A stretch of DNA of 62,883 nt, the filler included, from Lenisia limosa (taxonomy: Eukaryota; Protista; Breviatea), in assembly GCA_001655205.1 (NCBI GenBank). It is 14 parts of 14 records of this genome, joined end to end, with 100 filler letters (N's around TTAATTAATTAA, not from the genome) between each part and the next. Parts side by side here need not be neighbours in the genome. Positions count along the whole stretch, not along the records: positions 12,803 to 17,050 come from LPNZ01011690.1; positions 17,151 to 19,420 come from LPNZ01007221.1; positions 19,521 to 26,067 come from LPNZ01005458.1; 11 more parts are not named here. The stretch is one strand, 5' to 3'. Positions 12,885 through 26,167 of this stretch are shown one piece after another. Both the position numbers and the translations under genes were made by a program. Under the pieces are notes generated by a model. The model made no database searches, had not been told where the DNA came from, and worked only from the letters and a program-made list of their open reading frames with translations. Within the stretch, counting starts at the first letter, position 1; each line of letters starts with the position of its first letter.

Positions 12885-15800
12885 CCTCATCGTACTGCCA
12901 TATCCCACTTACCCCAATCGTAATGACGTAGACTCGGATGTCGTCATATCCCAAAACCATTGAGCGGATATCAAGAACCTCTTGTGTGAGCAGAAATTTG
13001 GGTAATGCATGATATAAGCGTTAATGCAGGGCTACACAGAACGCTGCAGCTGAGTTTCCTCCATTGTCATGGTGCAAAATTGATATAATACATACATACC
13101 ATATATCATATGTACATATGTACATATGATTTCTATACTATTAATAAAAAGAAAAGTCCCCGTTAACTAACCTGTTCTAAGGCAGACTGAGCAATCGAAA
13201 TCATTTCATCCATCTAGAAAGGTCATCCTAAACCAAGCCACAAGAACCGCGATGGCGCCACTTTGAGTGCGCGCAACGAGTTGTGTTGATAACATCATTT
13301 AGTGAATTCTCTTGATTCCAGAAAGAATCGTGTTTTCAGTAAAGCTCATTTATTTGAACAAGACCCATATTACATATCATATATATGTATATATAAACCC
13401 TTAAGACAATTTTAAGGCCCAATATGAAAACTTTGCATTGACAAAAGAAGGAAGTTTCAAGTTTGGTTCAAAACAGAAAAAGAAAAAACGGGTACAATTT
13501 CAGAATCTAAAGGAATATTTAAGTCTATTTAAGACAAGACGACCCACTCACCACGGAGGTGATATCCGCCGGGAAGGTGACTGAAATATCGGGGTCACTT
13601 TCGATTTCGGTAATAACTTCGGTCACAATAACAGACATTTCTTTGGTTGTGTTCCTAGGGGGGGGGGGGGGNNNNNNNNNNNNNNNNNNNNNNNNNNNNN
13701 NNNNNNNNNNNNNNNNNNNNNNNNNNNNNNNNNNNNNNNNNNNNNNNNNGATTGAGCTACGTGCGAAATGAATTGGAAAGACCTTGATTTTCAAGATTCT
13801 TATTAAATTAAGAGGCAAAACCGCTGAGAAAATATAATTGTCATATTGAATGATATAACAAAGGAATACTACGGAGAAAACACATAATGATACAAATTTG
13901 AACAGGTAAGGTAACACATAGATGGAAGACCCCCGCAAACAAAACAGTTTCTGTCCCAAAAATTACGCCGGAGAACACGCCAGACACTCCACTGTGGAAC
14001 TCCAGATTGTATGCTATACCCTGGGAAGAATAAAGGATACGAAACAATAATTTGAATCATCTCTCAACTTATATTTTTCGGCAATACCACCTAATATTCA
14101 AATTGTGAGAAGATTAGAAAGGGATGAAACGATGCAAACTACCATCCCAATATTCCAAGAAAATGGTGTGGGTAACCCAACCTACAGTTACCATTGCAAA
14201 GTAAACAACAAGCGTGATAAGGACTATGAGCACCTGAGGTGTCAGATTACTAATAAATAGTATATAATAGCAATGAAAAATAAAAAATGAGGTTGTATCT
14301 GGCCGAAGCCATCCACACTATGGCGCTAATAAGAGTATATTAGGCACATGAATGATCTGTCCTGCTTTCACGGATAAAACCCCCCTTGAAACCCCTCAAA
14401 AATTCAGTTAAAGTTTAGTTATGATTACTAATGCAGAAATACTCGAATCTAGGGGGTTGAGAGGTAGACGGCTCCATATAATAAATGGAAATTGCCTAAA
14501 TCCAGGCTTGCTTATAACGATTAACTATTTCATGCTCACCTGATGACATGTGATTGACTTTGCAGAGTATTCCTTTTTCTTCTTGTGCTTTTTCCGACAA
14601 CAACAGAGAACACAGGGCAAACAGAGCACCTGAGTTGTGATATGGTGCTGGTCTTCAAATTTCACAGAGTGAATGTCTTGCTTAAAAAAGAATGATATTC
14701 AAAACACGCATCACTACCAGTACAAATGTCCCACCTTCATGAAGCATTTGCAGAGCCTCGCGAAGACGTAGATCAGCCCGCCAAGAAGACAAAGGACTGC
14801 CATCACCTGAAGGAATGAGTTCCGGGCCTTGCCAACGGTTCCAAAAAGAGGGCTTCCTACAGTCCAAAAAACCCAGTCAAGTAGGGGCACTTATCGACGG
14901 TGTTGAGAAATTCAGTCTTATCCGGAACCAATGTGAAACCCTATCAATAGAAATAATAATTGGGAAGTCTCACACCATAAAACAGCAACATCAACAATCC
15001 AATCTTAAAGTGAGGTTTCATTTCATTCCCAAAGTCTAATATCATAGCATATGCAAAATCTAACTCAAGTAATCTGTAAAATGAGAAATGAATTGAAAAT
15101 ATGATTAATATTTCGAAATGAGAAATAAAACAAGGGAGTATCTGGCCGAAGCTGTACACACATCAACATGATTATGACACACGACTATGACACACGATCG
15201 ATTATAAGAAACACTGGTAGTTAATAATCATAATCACAATAATATATTGAATATTTAATAAAATATTCATTCTTGGCCAATTTACCCAAGGTATTTATTA
15301 GATGAATAAGAAAGACTGATTATAAGCGGACTAGTAATGAGTTTTGATGACATTATTAGCTCGCATGTGCGAAAAATCGGTTCCACAGAAGAGCACAAAA
15401 GCCCCACTTACTGCGCCAGGAAGGGCCAATTTGATCATATGGTAGCCATACGCTGGAACCTGGAATGTTAAGGATGCAATACGTCAAATGAAGCAACACT
15501 GACTTCACATACAAAGCGCCACATCATCGGATAGTTTCAATAAATTCAACATTAAATTTTCCACTGAGAAGAAAAAGAACCAGCCATAATGAGGCAATGC
15601 ATATTATGCCTATAATATTTTGTTGCTCCCCACAAACGTCGATGTACTGGTCATCGGCAGCTGGTTCATCAAACGCAATGCCTGATCGGTAGGTTCTGAC
15701 ATTAGGATTATCTCGGTTTTCGACCTAAATTTCGGTTAAAAATACTCCTAAATACTAGGTAACAATAATTTAAGAGCTTAAAGCACAGACGGTAGCCAGC

Positions 15801-16086
15801 TACATACCTCAATACCGAGGGCTGCCTTTTGTAAATCAGTTAGCTCCTCCTCTTCTTCGCGAAGTATATTACTTTTGAATGTAGATTCAAGAGAAGGTGG
15901 ATACTTCTCAATTAGAAGCACCTGCGAAGCCGCATCGAAGAGTGGGCGAGTTTCTTCAATTATAGGCCCAATTGAATCGCCAGAATGAGCTAGAATTACA
16001 TCATTATGAACTGATTGAAGGGAGAGAGCTGATAGAACGGGTAAAAGGAAGAATAACAGAGTAAATAAGAGCTCAAGTAATCTCAT
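12885..16086 (-). CDS. Second Tweety/prominin-like membrane protein (signal peptide, TM-Cys loop-TM), 3'-partial
   Basis: ATG at 16086 (MRLLELLFTLLFFLLPVLSALS, a signal peptide). Then VMAVLCLLGGLIYVFARLCKCFMK, VLCLPCVLCCCRKKHKKKK, VLIVLITLVVYFAMVTVGG and a long luminal segment. The layout matches the gene at 3239-8279. Confidence 0.55.
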
Positions 16087-16745
16087 TAGTTCAACCTCTT
16101 TCTACATTTTTACATTAATATTACTTTTTAGACATGATTTTCATTTTGACGGGTATTTATTTTTTCCCATTGTTTGCTAGCCCGGTACGGGGAATTTGAC
16201 TGAAATGTTTATCTTCCTGATTGTATATCATTATCTCATAGAGATATCTGATATCCTGAGATCAGGCTTGTATCAGGCACATCAGGGTTCTTTATTTCTT
16301 GGTTTCTTGGTCCTGGCAACTAAGCACGACTACAAAATTTCAGACTAATTCATACTCTATACCTTGCCACATACACTATATTTGGTCTAAATCTACCTCT
16401 CCTCAAACTCAAACAACTCTTGATGATTTAAGGATAAAGGATGTGGATTGCCTCCTCGCTGGATTGATTAATTATATATACCTTCTGAGGGGAAGATAAC
16501 AATTGCTAATTATTCATCGTGCACTCAAAATGTTAATAATAGTGATTATCAAACAAATATGTGTTGTGTAATGGATAAGTGCCAATGATATTAAAGGTGG
16601 TGGTTGTAATTTGAATGTCTTTACAAAAGCATAACAGTTGTCCGCATGAAACCATTCAAAAATTAGATAAATACAACATCGAAACAAGTACAACCTCTCT
16701 GTACAGGAAAACTATAATAACAATCAAAAACCAAAAGGAGCAAGC

Positions 16746-17050
16746 CTAGAAAAGGAAGGCAATGAGGAACATGGTAAAGCCAGCAATAACAGCGGCGGCA
16801 GGGCTGTTGGGAAGAGACTTGCTGGAGGTACCAAGNNNNNNNNNNCAGAAAAGAAGCCATTAGCTCACCTTAGGGTCCCAGGTGAATTTTCCGTTAGTGG
16901 TCTTGAAAGTAGCGTAGAACTTCTGGGTCTGAGAGTGTAAGATGAGACAAAGAGGAAGGACAAAAGGGACACGACAAGACCTGGCTTACATTGGAGTATT
17001 CACGCTTCTCGTCATCCTCGTCCTTGTCAGTGTCCTTGACAGTGTTGGAA
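16746..17050 (-). CDS. C-terminal exons of a probable GPI-anchored surface protein (5'-partial)
   Basis: Exons read ...DEKREYSN|TQKFYATFKTTNGKFTWDPK|...GTSSKSLPNSPAAAVIAGFTMFLIAFLF*. Small residues followed by a terminal hydrophobic stretch fit a GPI signal. Confidence 0.5.
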
Positions 17051-17828
17051 NNNNNNNNNNNNNNNNNNNNNNNNNNNNNNNNNNNNNNNNNNNNTTAATT
17101 AATTAANNNNNNNNNNNNNNNNNNNNNNNNNNNNNNNNNNNNNNNNNNNNGGATCAATTCCCTATTAATGTGAAATTGTAAGAGGAAACAAAAATTGTTG
17201 AGATCCTATGTCAGTCAATAACAATACCCTGAACACTTGCAAGAGAGGCAAGCGTAGCCAATATTATCATCCATATCCAACGTTGCTCCAACAGAGTTTT
17301 TTTTGGTTTATTTGACTTCTTATTTACCCCCCCCCCCCNNNNNNNNNNNNNNNNNNNNNNNNNNNNNNNNNNNNNNNNNNNNNNNNNNNNNNNNNNNNNN
17401 NNNNNNNNNNNNNNNNNNNNNNNNNNNNNNNNNNNNNNNNNNNNNNNNNNNNNNNNNNNNNNNNNNNNNNNNNNNNNNNNNNNNNNNNNNNNNNNNNNNN
17501 NNNNNNNNNNNNNNNNNNNNNNNNNNNNNNNNNNNNCTTTCTTGGCATTTTCTACAGGGTTACAACAAATAGTGGGACTAATTAATTGAAAAAAATAATA
17601 ATTTTCATAACAAGATCCCCATTTGAGACTTTTTATTGTCAGATTGTATTAACTATTTCTTCATAAAATAAGGAGTCCTATTAAACAGGAGAAAGGTGAA
17701 GAAGAGTAGTGTCTCATAACATCAATCACAGAAAGAACTTGACTGTTTATCCTAGGAAGAAATTTTATGTTATGTATACATATATACAGTGACCGGGATA
17801 AGTCTTGACCGATTTGCTATGTGATATA

Positions 17829-17906
17829 CAGTGACCGGGAAAAGTCTTGACCGATTTGCAATGTGATTTCCCAAGGAAAATGGGTCAATGCTTATCCGGG
17901 TCAGTG
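17829..17906. mobile_element. MITE family B (~75-78 bp, Tc1-like CAGTG termini, TA flanks)
   Basis: TA|CAGTGACCGGGA ... TCCGGGTCAGTG|TA, preceded by a 42-bp duplicate of its left end (17787-17828). The homologue at 45571-45645 is in the opposite orientation. Confidence 0.75.
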
Positions 17907-18439
17907 TACATATCTGTATTATATATTCTTCCTTGGTTTACCGATTTTTTTCGTTCCCTCCAACCTCAAATGTGAACTGGCGGGAATACTCCATAAAATG
18001 TCAGGTAATANNNNNNNNNNNNNNNNNNNNNNNNNNNNNNNNNNNNNNNNNNNNNNNNNNNNNNNNNNNNNNNNNNNNNNNNNNNNNNNNNNNNNNNNNN
18101 NNNNNNNNNNNNNNNNNNNNNNNATAATAAGAATACACTAACTACTACACACAGCAACACTGCTGCTGCAGCCACAGTTCGAAATTCTCTGTAGTACCAG
18201 TGTCTAGTATCATATAAATCCAGAATAATTAAAATTTGGACCCGGGATACTAGAGGGAAAGCAACAAACACCTCCAATATCACGAAAAAAAAAAAACTAG
18301 GATATGACAACGCTCAATCCGAGGTTCCACTGGTTTATCAGCCTGACGAATGGAAAGTCAACAAGTATATTTCACCACTTCCACAATGATGAACAAAACA
18401 TGAAGCAAACAGAGATCACTTAACATAGATTACATAGAT

Positions 18440-19373
18440 CTACCAGTGGACGAATTGGTTGGTCTTGAGCATTTTGGCGTTGTCAGTACAGCGGCGGCCG
18501 ACTTGCTTGCAATAGGCAGAGTTGAGCATGTTATCTGAGGAGGAGGAGGGGGGGTAAATTGGAAAATTTATGAAACAAAAAAAAAGCCCAAATACTCTGT
18601 GAACACATGGGGGTTGAGAACAACAAAACAAACAAAGCTCAGGCCAGTCTCTTCTGCAGCACTGTATCCATCTCGCGTAAAGAGGTGGGGGAAGTAAAAT
18701 GAAGGACATAAAACATAGGCAATTTCAAAATATTTACATGAAGGTACTGAGATATAATTGGGGCCTCCCTAACGGTCCAAAAAACCCGTCAAAATATCGA
18801 TATTTATCGAGGATTGATTGAGAAAAGGATTCTGTTTAAATGGGGGAGGGGGGAGTAACATTCGATAATATGAGTAAAGCATATTATCTGGGGTTGTTTC
18901 CCTCCAACTTCCAGCACCCTCCCATTGGCCAGACTTGACCTGGCTGATGAAGTTCTTCCACTTGGCTACGCCAGCTTGGCCGACTAGGGGGGGGGGGGGT
19001 AAAACGAAGGAAANNNNNNNNNNNNNNNNNNNNNNNNNNNNNNNNNNNNNNNNNNNNNNNNNNNNNNNNNNNNNNNNNNNNNNNNNNNNNNNNNNNNNNN
19101 NNNNNNNNNNNNNNNNNNNNNNNNNNNNNNNNNNNNNNNNNNNNNNNNNNNNNNAAACAAGCAATAACAAACACGAGCAACCAACGCCAAAACTTGACAA
19201 AGCCAGATGACAAAAACGTAGGGCATAATAGGAAAATTTAAGAAACAAAGAAGCCAAAATCAACCCCGTTGGCTAGTGCACACGAGGGTTGATAACACAA
19301 AACAAACAACGCCCAGGCCAGTCGCTTCGTGCAAGGCGGTTCCACATCGCTTACGGTTGTAGGTGAAGTCGAT
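18440..19373 (-). CDS. Phage T4-type (GH24) lysozyme, C-terminal three exons
   Basis: Exons 19373-19355, 18983-18909 and 18534-18440 join in phase to IDFTYNLGQAGVAKWKNFISQVKSGQWEGAGNNMLNSAYCKQVGRRCTDNAKMLKTNQFVHW*. This matches the GH24 C-lobe pattern (FN.G..G...F.......W..A...L.S.W..Q...R). Confidence 0.8.
18984..19354 (-). repeat. Dispersed intronic repeat family C, copy filling a whole lysozyme intron
   Basis: The intron begins GTAAGCGATG...GAAGCGACTGGCCTGGG, continues CCAACGGGGTTGATTTTGG...GCGTTGGTTGCTCGTGTTTGTTATTGC and ends TTCCTTCGTTTTAC(C)nTAG. All of these modules recur elsewhere in the window. Confidence 0.8.
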
Positions 19374-19536
19374 CTAAGCAAGTTAGAAACTCAGAGAGAG
19401 AAAAAAAACAAAAAAAAAAANNNNNNNNNNNNNNNNNNNNNNNNNNNNNNNNNNNNNNNNNNNNTTAATTAATTAANNNNNNNNNNNNNNNNNNNNNNNN
19501 NNNNNNNNNNNNNNNNNNNNCCCCCCCCCCCCCCAC

Positions 19537-20420
19537 TGAGAACCGGCGTCACCGTAGGCAATCCAGCCGGCAGTTGAAGCCACCGGATCAATGGTGACGG
19601 GGTATACAAGGTCGCGGTCGCTGGTTACCTCAATAGACTGGCCTGTGGGGGTAATTAAAAAACAACAACAAAAAGCAACTCAACTGGTTAAGGGTTTCAA
19701 CAAAGAATATAATGATAAATACGACCTTTGGTTACAAAATATATATGTACGATCTGCATCAACTATGTTGAGCTTCTTCCTCTTATCTCTCCTCCATCCA
19801 CAATCCCTAACATAAAGATGTTGAAAACTGAAATATATATCAAAAACGGTACTCATAATATTCAGCAATCTCTAACATGAAAGCCAAACAATTCCAAACA
19901 CCGCAGCCAACCATTGGACCAGCTGAACTTGACTTCGAGAGGTCCCTTCTTGTCAAAGGCAATAAGGCCGGAATACTCCGCAACTACAACACCGCCGGTA
20001 GTAACGCACTCCAAACTCGCCCATTTGAACTGCCAAACACAGTCTGAGCCTTCAGCCTCCACAATAATCGGCAAAGAAACCGAGTCGGCAGCAGCTCCTG
20101 AGAAGTTGTCTGTTACTTCCCACCAATGCTCAGGCCCTTCAGCTTCAGTATGATGCTTGGATTTTCCAACGAATTCAGTAACGCTGTTTTTATCACATCG
20201 ACGTTGTTGACCGTGGTGGCGATGTGACCAGCGGCTAAATGTGTTACATTATTTAAGACAATACAAATGCAACTAACCTGCAAGCGAAGGGAGAAGAGAG
20301 GTCAAGAGAAGCTGATTGGAAAGTAAAAGTTACTCCAGAAGGCTGAATCTCCAATGACGCGTTCACAATAACAGCAAACAGGCCTAAGATAGTTGGTATT
20401 CACAATGAATAGCAAAAGAA
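19537..20420 (-). CDS. Protein with a bacterial-type 'YPxTIDP' domain, probably followed by FG-GAP repeats (partial)
   Basis: Exons read NSVTEF...EGPEHWWEV...VVAEYSGLIAFDKKGPLEVKFSWSNG|QSIEVTSDRDLVYPVTIDPVASTAGWIAYGDAGSQ. This resembles the segment that precedes FG-GAP repeats in many bacterial secreted proteins (recognised from memory, not by search). Confidence 0.6.
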
Positions 20421-20799
20421 GTGGCAGAAAGTCACAACCCTTTCTTACAAAGCAGCAGCGTCGCGTAGACGGGTGCAACTCTGGCCTGCATAGTGCTGTG
20501 TCCGTAAATAAAACGCTATATAGGTCGTAAGGGTCTTCTTGTAAAACACTAAATTTTCTCCTCTCAGAGGATGACTCTTTTTCAAGTGATATACTTCCTC
20601 TGCTCTTAAAATAATAAATAAACAGTGATTTGAAAAAAAAACAATTCACCCTTCGGAATGAGTGTGCCGCCGCACCTCTATTTAACAGCTTTTTTTCGCT
20701 ACTTCGCCCAGACTTCGCCTACCACAGTCATCATCTACTTTCTTTAATTGACTTTGTGGAGCTAACGTACCTTATTTATCGTTCACTTTAAAAAGCATA

Positions 20800-23226
20800 A
20801 TGGTATTGCTGCCGGTAGCTTTGCTCTGTCTCGCATTGCATGCACTAAATCATGTCTACAAAAGTTTGTTTGCCAAGGATCTCAAAAATCAAGTGGTTAG
20901 TTTTGGTTCTCTTCTGTCGTCCTCTCCTGGTCCATACATACGCGTAATAATGTATTTGTTATTATAAAAATTGAAAATAATTAGTGATGTGACGTCTGAT
21001 CCTTCCCTTTTTTGAAATTACTAGGTTCTTATCACTGGTGGAGCAAGTGGTATTGGCCGTTTAATGGCGCTAAGGTTCGCATCCAAAGCTGTCAGAGCAG
21101 TTGTAATTTGGGACTTGAACAAGGAAGGCCTCCGCAAGATCAGTGAGTGGAACCGAATCATACTATATATCTGATTCTTTTTTAAAACCTTCAGAGGAGG
21201 AGATTGAAGCCTTGGACATCAAGTGTTTCACCGATATTGTGGACATCAGCTCAGCCCAGGCGGTCAAGGCGGCTGCTACTACGGTTGGGAGGGGGGGGGG
21301 GATTNNNNNNNNNNNNNNNNNNNNNNNNNNNNNNNNNNNNNNNNNNNNNNNNNNNNNNNNNNNNNNNNNNNNNNNNNNNNNNNNNNNNNNNNNNNNNNNN
21401 NNNNNNNNNNNNNNNNNNNNNNNNNNNNNNNNNNNNNNNNNNNNNNNNNNNNNNNNNNNNNNNNNNNNNNNNNNNNNNNNNNNNNNNNNNNNNNNNNNNN
21501 NNNNNNNNNNNNNNNNNNNNNNNNNNNNNNNNNNNNNNNNNNNNNNNNNNGCCAGCAACCATAGTCACACCCCAGGTTTTTGCAGAGATCGGAAAAGTCG
21601 ACATTCTCATCAATAACGCTGGAATTGTGGCTGGCAAGAAGTTCATGGAAATGAGGTGGGTTGATTGATATTGAATTCATAAGAGCCTTGCATGTTGAGG
21701 TCATTTTGTGCGTGGGAATTAGGGCTTCACTTCAGTGCACTTCAGTTCGAAAAAAGACAGAATTTCTCGATAAATCCTCGAAAAAAAAAAAAAAAAAANN
21801 NNNNNNNNNNNNNNNNNNNNNNNNNNNNNNNNNNNNNNNNNNNNNNNNNNNNNNNNNNNNNNNNNNNNNNNNNNNNNNNNNNNNNNNNNNNNNNNNNGTT
21901 GGTTTCGATGGTAAAATCACATAAATTGCTCATAATTGACAAAGTAGAACCGTTCCGAACTATCAGTATTGTGTTATTCTACTGTAGCTTATAACTTTAT
22001 AGTGATGAAATGGTGCGTAAGACGTTTGAGGTCAATAGCATGTCTCTATTTTGGACCACCAGACAATTCCTTCCCGAAATGATTAAGGACCAATGTGGAC
22101 ATATTGTTACTATTGGTGGGTGAGGGTATTCCGATTAGATAGTTAAATAGTGACTCGGTTTGATAGTACACTGTATGGGCGTACACCTAAATACAAACTC
22201 TCATAACGTTCTTGTTTTGTGCATGGCTTGTTCAATGTTATTTTCACCTTACATATCCGTTGCTAACCAACCCAGCCTCAGCTGCCGGTCTGATTGGTGT
22301 CCGAGGCCTCTCTGCCTACAGTGCCTCAAAATTTGCTGCAGTATGTCCACTTGCAATGGGATCACCTTTATTAGTGTCATTTTTTTCTCTTTTATATTAA
22401 ACTCTCAGCATCCAAGAATACAACATTATTCTCTTGCTCGCTATTACATATGCATACACAATACTCAGGTATTTCTTATTTTTACTTGAAATTTACTCAG
22501 CAATTTGAGGCGTCATAATTAAGGTCGGATTTGACGAGGCGTTGCGCATGGAACTTCGTAGAAGCTGCTCAGGAGTCAAGACAACCTGTGTCCAGCCGTT
22601 CTTTATCAACACCGGCATGTTTGATGTGAGTGGTGTGTGTCATGGGGTGTTTGATGGAAGAAGTGTACAGGGTGTTAGTGAGATGAATGGGGTGTGCTTT
22701 TTATCTTTCCGTTAACTGGTTTGTAGGGTGTGACAACCCGTTTCCCCCTTCTTTTGCCTATTTTGGACCAGCACTACGTGGCAAATGAGATCGTCAGAGC
22801 TGGTATGATTCAATATTTTGGTGTTTCTATTGGTGATATGCTATGCTTATTCTGAATTGAATTGATGTGAAAACGAGGTCCAGTGTTACTTTGTAGTTGA
22901 GATGGGGACTGATGTTCTTCGTCTGCCGTTCTTGGTGAAAACCGTGACTCTTCTCCGCTTCCTCCTTCCTTCCGGTACATCAAGGGGGAACGAAAAGCTT
23001 TTATACTGGCGTCTTTGCATTTCTAGCGTCTTTGCATTTTCCAACGATTTTGACACAATTTATTACTGCTCTGATAGCTTCCACCGCTTACTTCCACCGC
23101 TACCATCCTCCCCGTACCGGACGCCATCTTACTTTCACTATTGCAGGGCTTTTCGACTTTGTTGCTGAGATTCTCGGTATTAACGCCAGCATGGAGCACT
23201 TTGTTGGCAGAAAGAAGACCGAATAG
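20800..23226 (+). CDS. Short-chain dehydrogenase/reductase, SDR16C family (RDH10/SDR16C5/HSD17B11-like), complete, 10 exons
   Basis: N-terminal hydrophobic anchor, VLITGGASGIG (NAD(P) binding), ILINNAG, YSASK catalytic motif, TTCVQPFFINTGMF and a C-terminal GINASMEHFVGRKKTE*. Confidence 0.95.
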
Positions 23227-23599
23227 ACTGTCCTCTATTTTCCCTTTCAATATCGATAAGCATACAATTTATTTCCCTACTTCTCCGCCCCCCCCCCTAA
23301 AAATGTGCTGTGATCAAATTCATCATGTTTTACTCGGACTCAGCAGCTGACTCAGCATTCTCCCAAGGCTACATCAAATCAGTCTCGGAAACAGTGTTGA
23401 AATAATAGAAAAAAAAAAAAAGGAAAAAGAAANNNNNNNNNNNNNNNNNNNNNNNNNNNNNNNNNNNNNNNNNNNNNNNNNNNNNNNNNNNNNNNNNNNN
23501 NNNNNNNNNNNNAGAATTGCGATGCCTGAATCCTAAAAATGCTGCTTTAGGTTAAGATCAGACAGTGAATTTGACAATAGTCTCAGGCAGGAATAGTGA

Positions 23600-25540
23600 T
23601 AGATTAGAATCACCTTCTTAACAATAGGCAGGGAAGGCTCGGATTGCTGTGCAGTTGGGTCCACAGAATCATCAACTTCCGCCACTCCATCAATTTCGTC
23701 ATTCTGTGGTGAATAACTTAAAATCCTCTTATTCAGGGGGGGGGGGGGNNNNNNNNNNNNNNNNNNNNNNNNNNNNNNNNNNNNNNNNNNNNNNNNNNNN
23801 NNNNNNNNNNNNNNNNNNNNNNNNNNNNNNNNNNNNNNNNNNNNNNNNNNNNNNNNNNNNNNNNNNNNCTCACCACTCACCTCCAGCATGTCAACAACTT
23901 GCTGAATGGTTTCCTTTGGGGGACTCACGGGCTTGCGTAAGTTAGCAAGGCCCTTTAAGATGAGAAAAGATAGGAAGAAAGTCGGCATATTGCAATCACT
24001 TTCAATCAAAAATGACAAAAGGAACACATTGTCACTTTCTGTTTTTCTGATACCAAAGAGACAAAACAGCCAATACGCACCCCAAACCGATCCTGAAGGG
24101 GGTCGCCATTCTAAAATAATTAACATATCAGGTCAGTTGATACTAGGCTTTTAAGTGCAGACAAAACATGACAATAGAAATTAGGAAGCCATGACATTCG
24201 ATTGGTATTTAAGATGGTAATTATGTCGAAGAAGTAAATTAGCCATCCAAATGTCAATGCTCACCGTTTTCAGATAGATTAAGGTTGGATTCAGCTTGCC
24301 AGGAAGGAATGGTTGGGATTGGTGTCTGGAGGTGGGGTTAAGGAACTCCAAATGACCCCTAATGTTAACTTTCTTCACCATTTCTACTCGTAAGTTAGTC
24401 ATACAATCTTATTACGAATGTCTTACCCAGCCAAAATTCCTATTTCAAACACTTGCATACCCCCCATCAAGCAGAACTCCCCCCCCCTCCCTCCCACGGT
24501 GTCAGCCTCAAATTGAGCCACAAGAGCCGAGGAAGGGGGGCGCATTGTGGATGCCGCGGGGTCGGATGAATTATTTAGTAGTGTGGTCTGGGGGAGTAAA
24601 ACTGGAAATGTTATTGAAACAAAAAAAAACCCAAATCAACTCTGCATAAACTGAAAGTACTGATTCGACCATCACTAGTCTTAACCTGCTTTCTGGGTTC
24701 CTCCTCCCAATAGTATGATGATAAATAAAAATGTAGTATCTAGAGAAGCGTCCACCCCATCACGTTTACATTCGCAAAATAGTAATAATAAAAGGGCTAC
24801 AAAAAGACTCACCTGTAGAGACGCCAGTTCTTTCCTAAGAAGGGCTATTTCATCTTGAACAGACTGGTACTTGTACCCTAGTGAGTCAATTTGATAATAG
24901 AAACAAAATAGGATGAACACCCCCCTCTTGGTGGTGGCTCTAAAACCAAAGCAATCACGTTTGAAATAGCTCACCTTGAGTGGTGGTCATTTCTTGCAGT
25001 CTTGAGGCACCGGCTTGGGAAGAATCCACTGCTTGGCTCTGGGGGGGGGGGGGGNNNNNNNNNNNNNNNNNNNNNNNNNNNNNNNNNNNNNNNNNNNNNN
25101 NNNNNNNNNNNNNNNNNNNNNNNNNNNNNNNNNNNNNNNNNNNNNNNNNNNNNNNNNNNNNNNNNNNNNNNNNNNNNNNNNNNNNNNNNNNNNNNNNNNN
25201 NNNNNNNNNNNNNATGGTGAAGGTAATCACGAACCGAATAATCTGAAACTCCAAACAAACAAATATCATGCAATAACAAACACGTACAACCAACGCTAAA
25301 ACTAGACAAAATAAGATGACAAAAACACAAAAGGGGGGTAAAAAGGAACTTTTTATGAAACAAAAGAGACTTAAAATCAACTCTGTTGGTGAAGCATAAA
25401 GGCAATTCTTGAGATAAAACCCTCGAATCATCTTCCTCAAAAAGAGAGAATAAAGCTCAAGCCAACCATCTCAGTAATTTCCGTCCTGAGTTCACTAATT
25501 TGTTTGTTCAGCTCCAGTAAAGACTGTGAATACGTCGTTA
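23600..25540 (-). CDS. Hypothetical protein with a coiled-coil segment and low-complexity tail (partial)
   Basis: Exons TTYSQSLLELNKQISELRTEITE, IDSLGYKYQSVQDEIALLRKELASLQ, TTLLNNSSDPAASTMRPPSSALVAQFEADT and NDEIDGVAEVDDSVDPTAQQ, with GT-AG boundaries. Confidence 0.5.
25039..25395 (-). repeat. Family C long copy ending at an acceptor
   Basis: CCAACAGAGTTGATTTT...GCGTTGGTTGTACGTGTTTGTTATTGC...GGAGTTTCAGATTATTCGGTTCGTGATTA...(gap)(C)nAG|exon. Confidence 0.75.
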
Positions 25541-26167
25541 GACCTAAATAGCTAAGATGTCGAGATATGAGGGCTCAATCGTAAATAAAAAATGTATTCA
25601 ACAAGAAACCGTCAATATTAGAATCTACAATAATTGCAATCAAAAGCAACATTGTAATTTAAGGGTTTCTTTGAAAACCAAGCTTTACTTTCCGTTCCAA
25701 ATATCGAAAGTTATACTTTTGGAACATAAAATGAAGCAGCATTTGAAACCCCTCTAACATTCCTCAATAGAAGGCTTGTCACTTGAGACGAACAGAGCTT
25801 TCACCCACGGGATTTTTTCCTAAATATAAGAGAGTGTACGATTACTACACAACCATGGACGAAAATGACCCAATAACTTATCATAGCTAATACCAGAAAA
25901 GTAATCATTATATCACTTTCATCTGGCGTGTACTGACAAATTGCAAATGTCGTATGCATAAAGTAATTGAGCAGTAAAAAAGGCTGAAATGAACAAAGAG
26001 AAATGATGAGCAGGAAATAGGATCCCACAAACATACCTTGAGAGAGAAGAGCGCAATTCCAGTTGCANNNNNNNNNNNNNNNNNNNNNNNNNNNNNNNNN
26101 NNNNNNNNNNNTTAATTAATTAANNNNNNNNNNNNNNNNNNNNNNNNNNNNNNNNNNNNNNNNNNNN

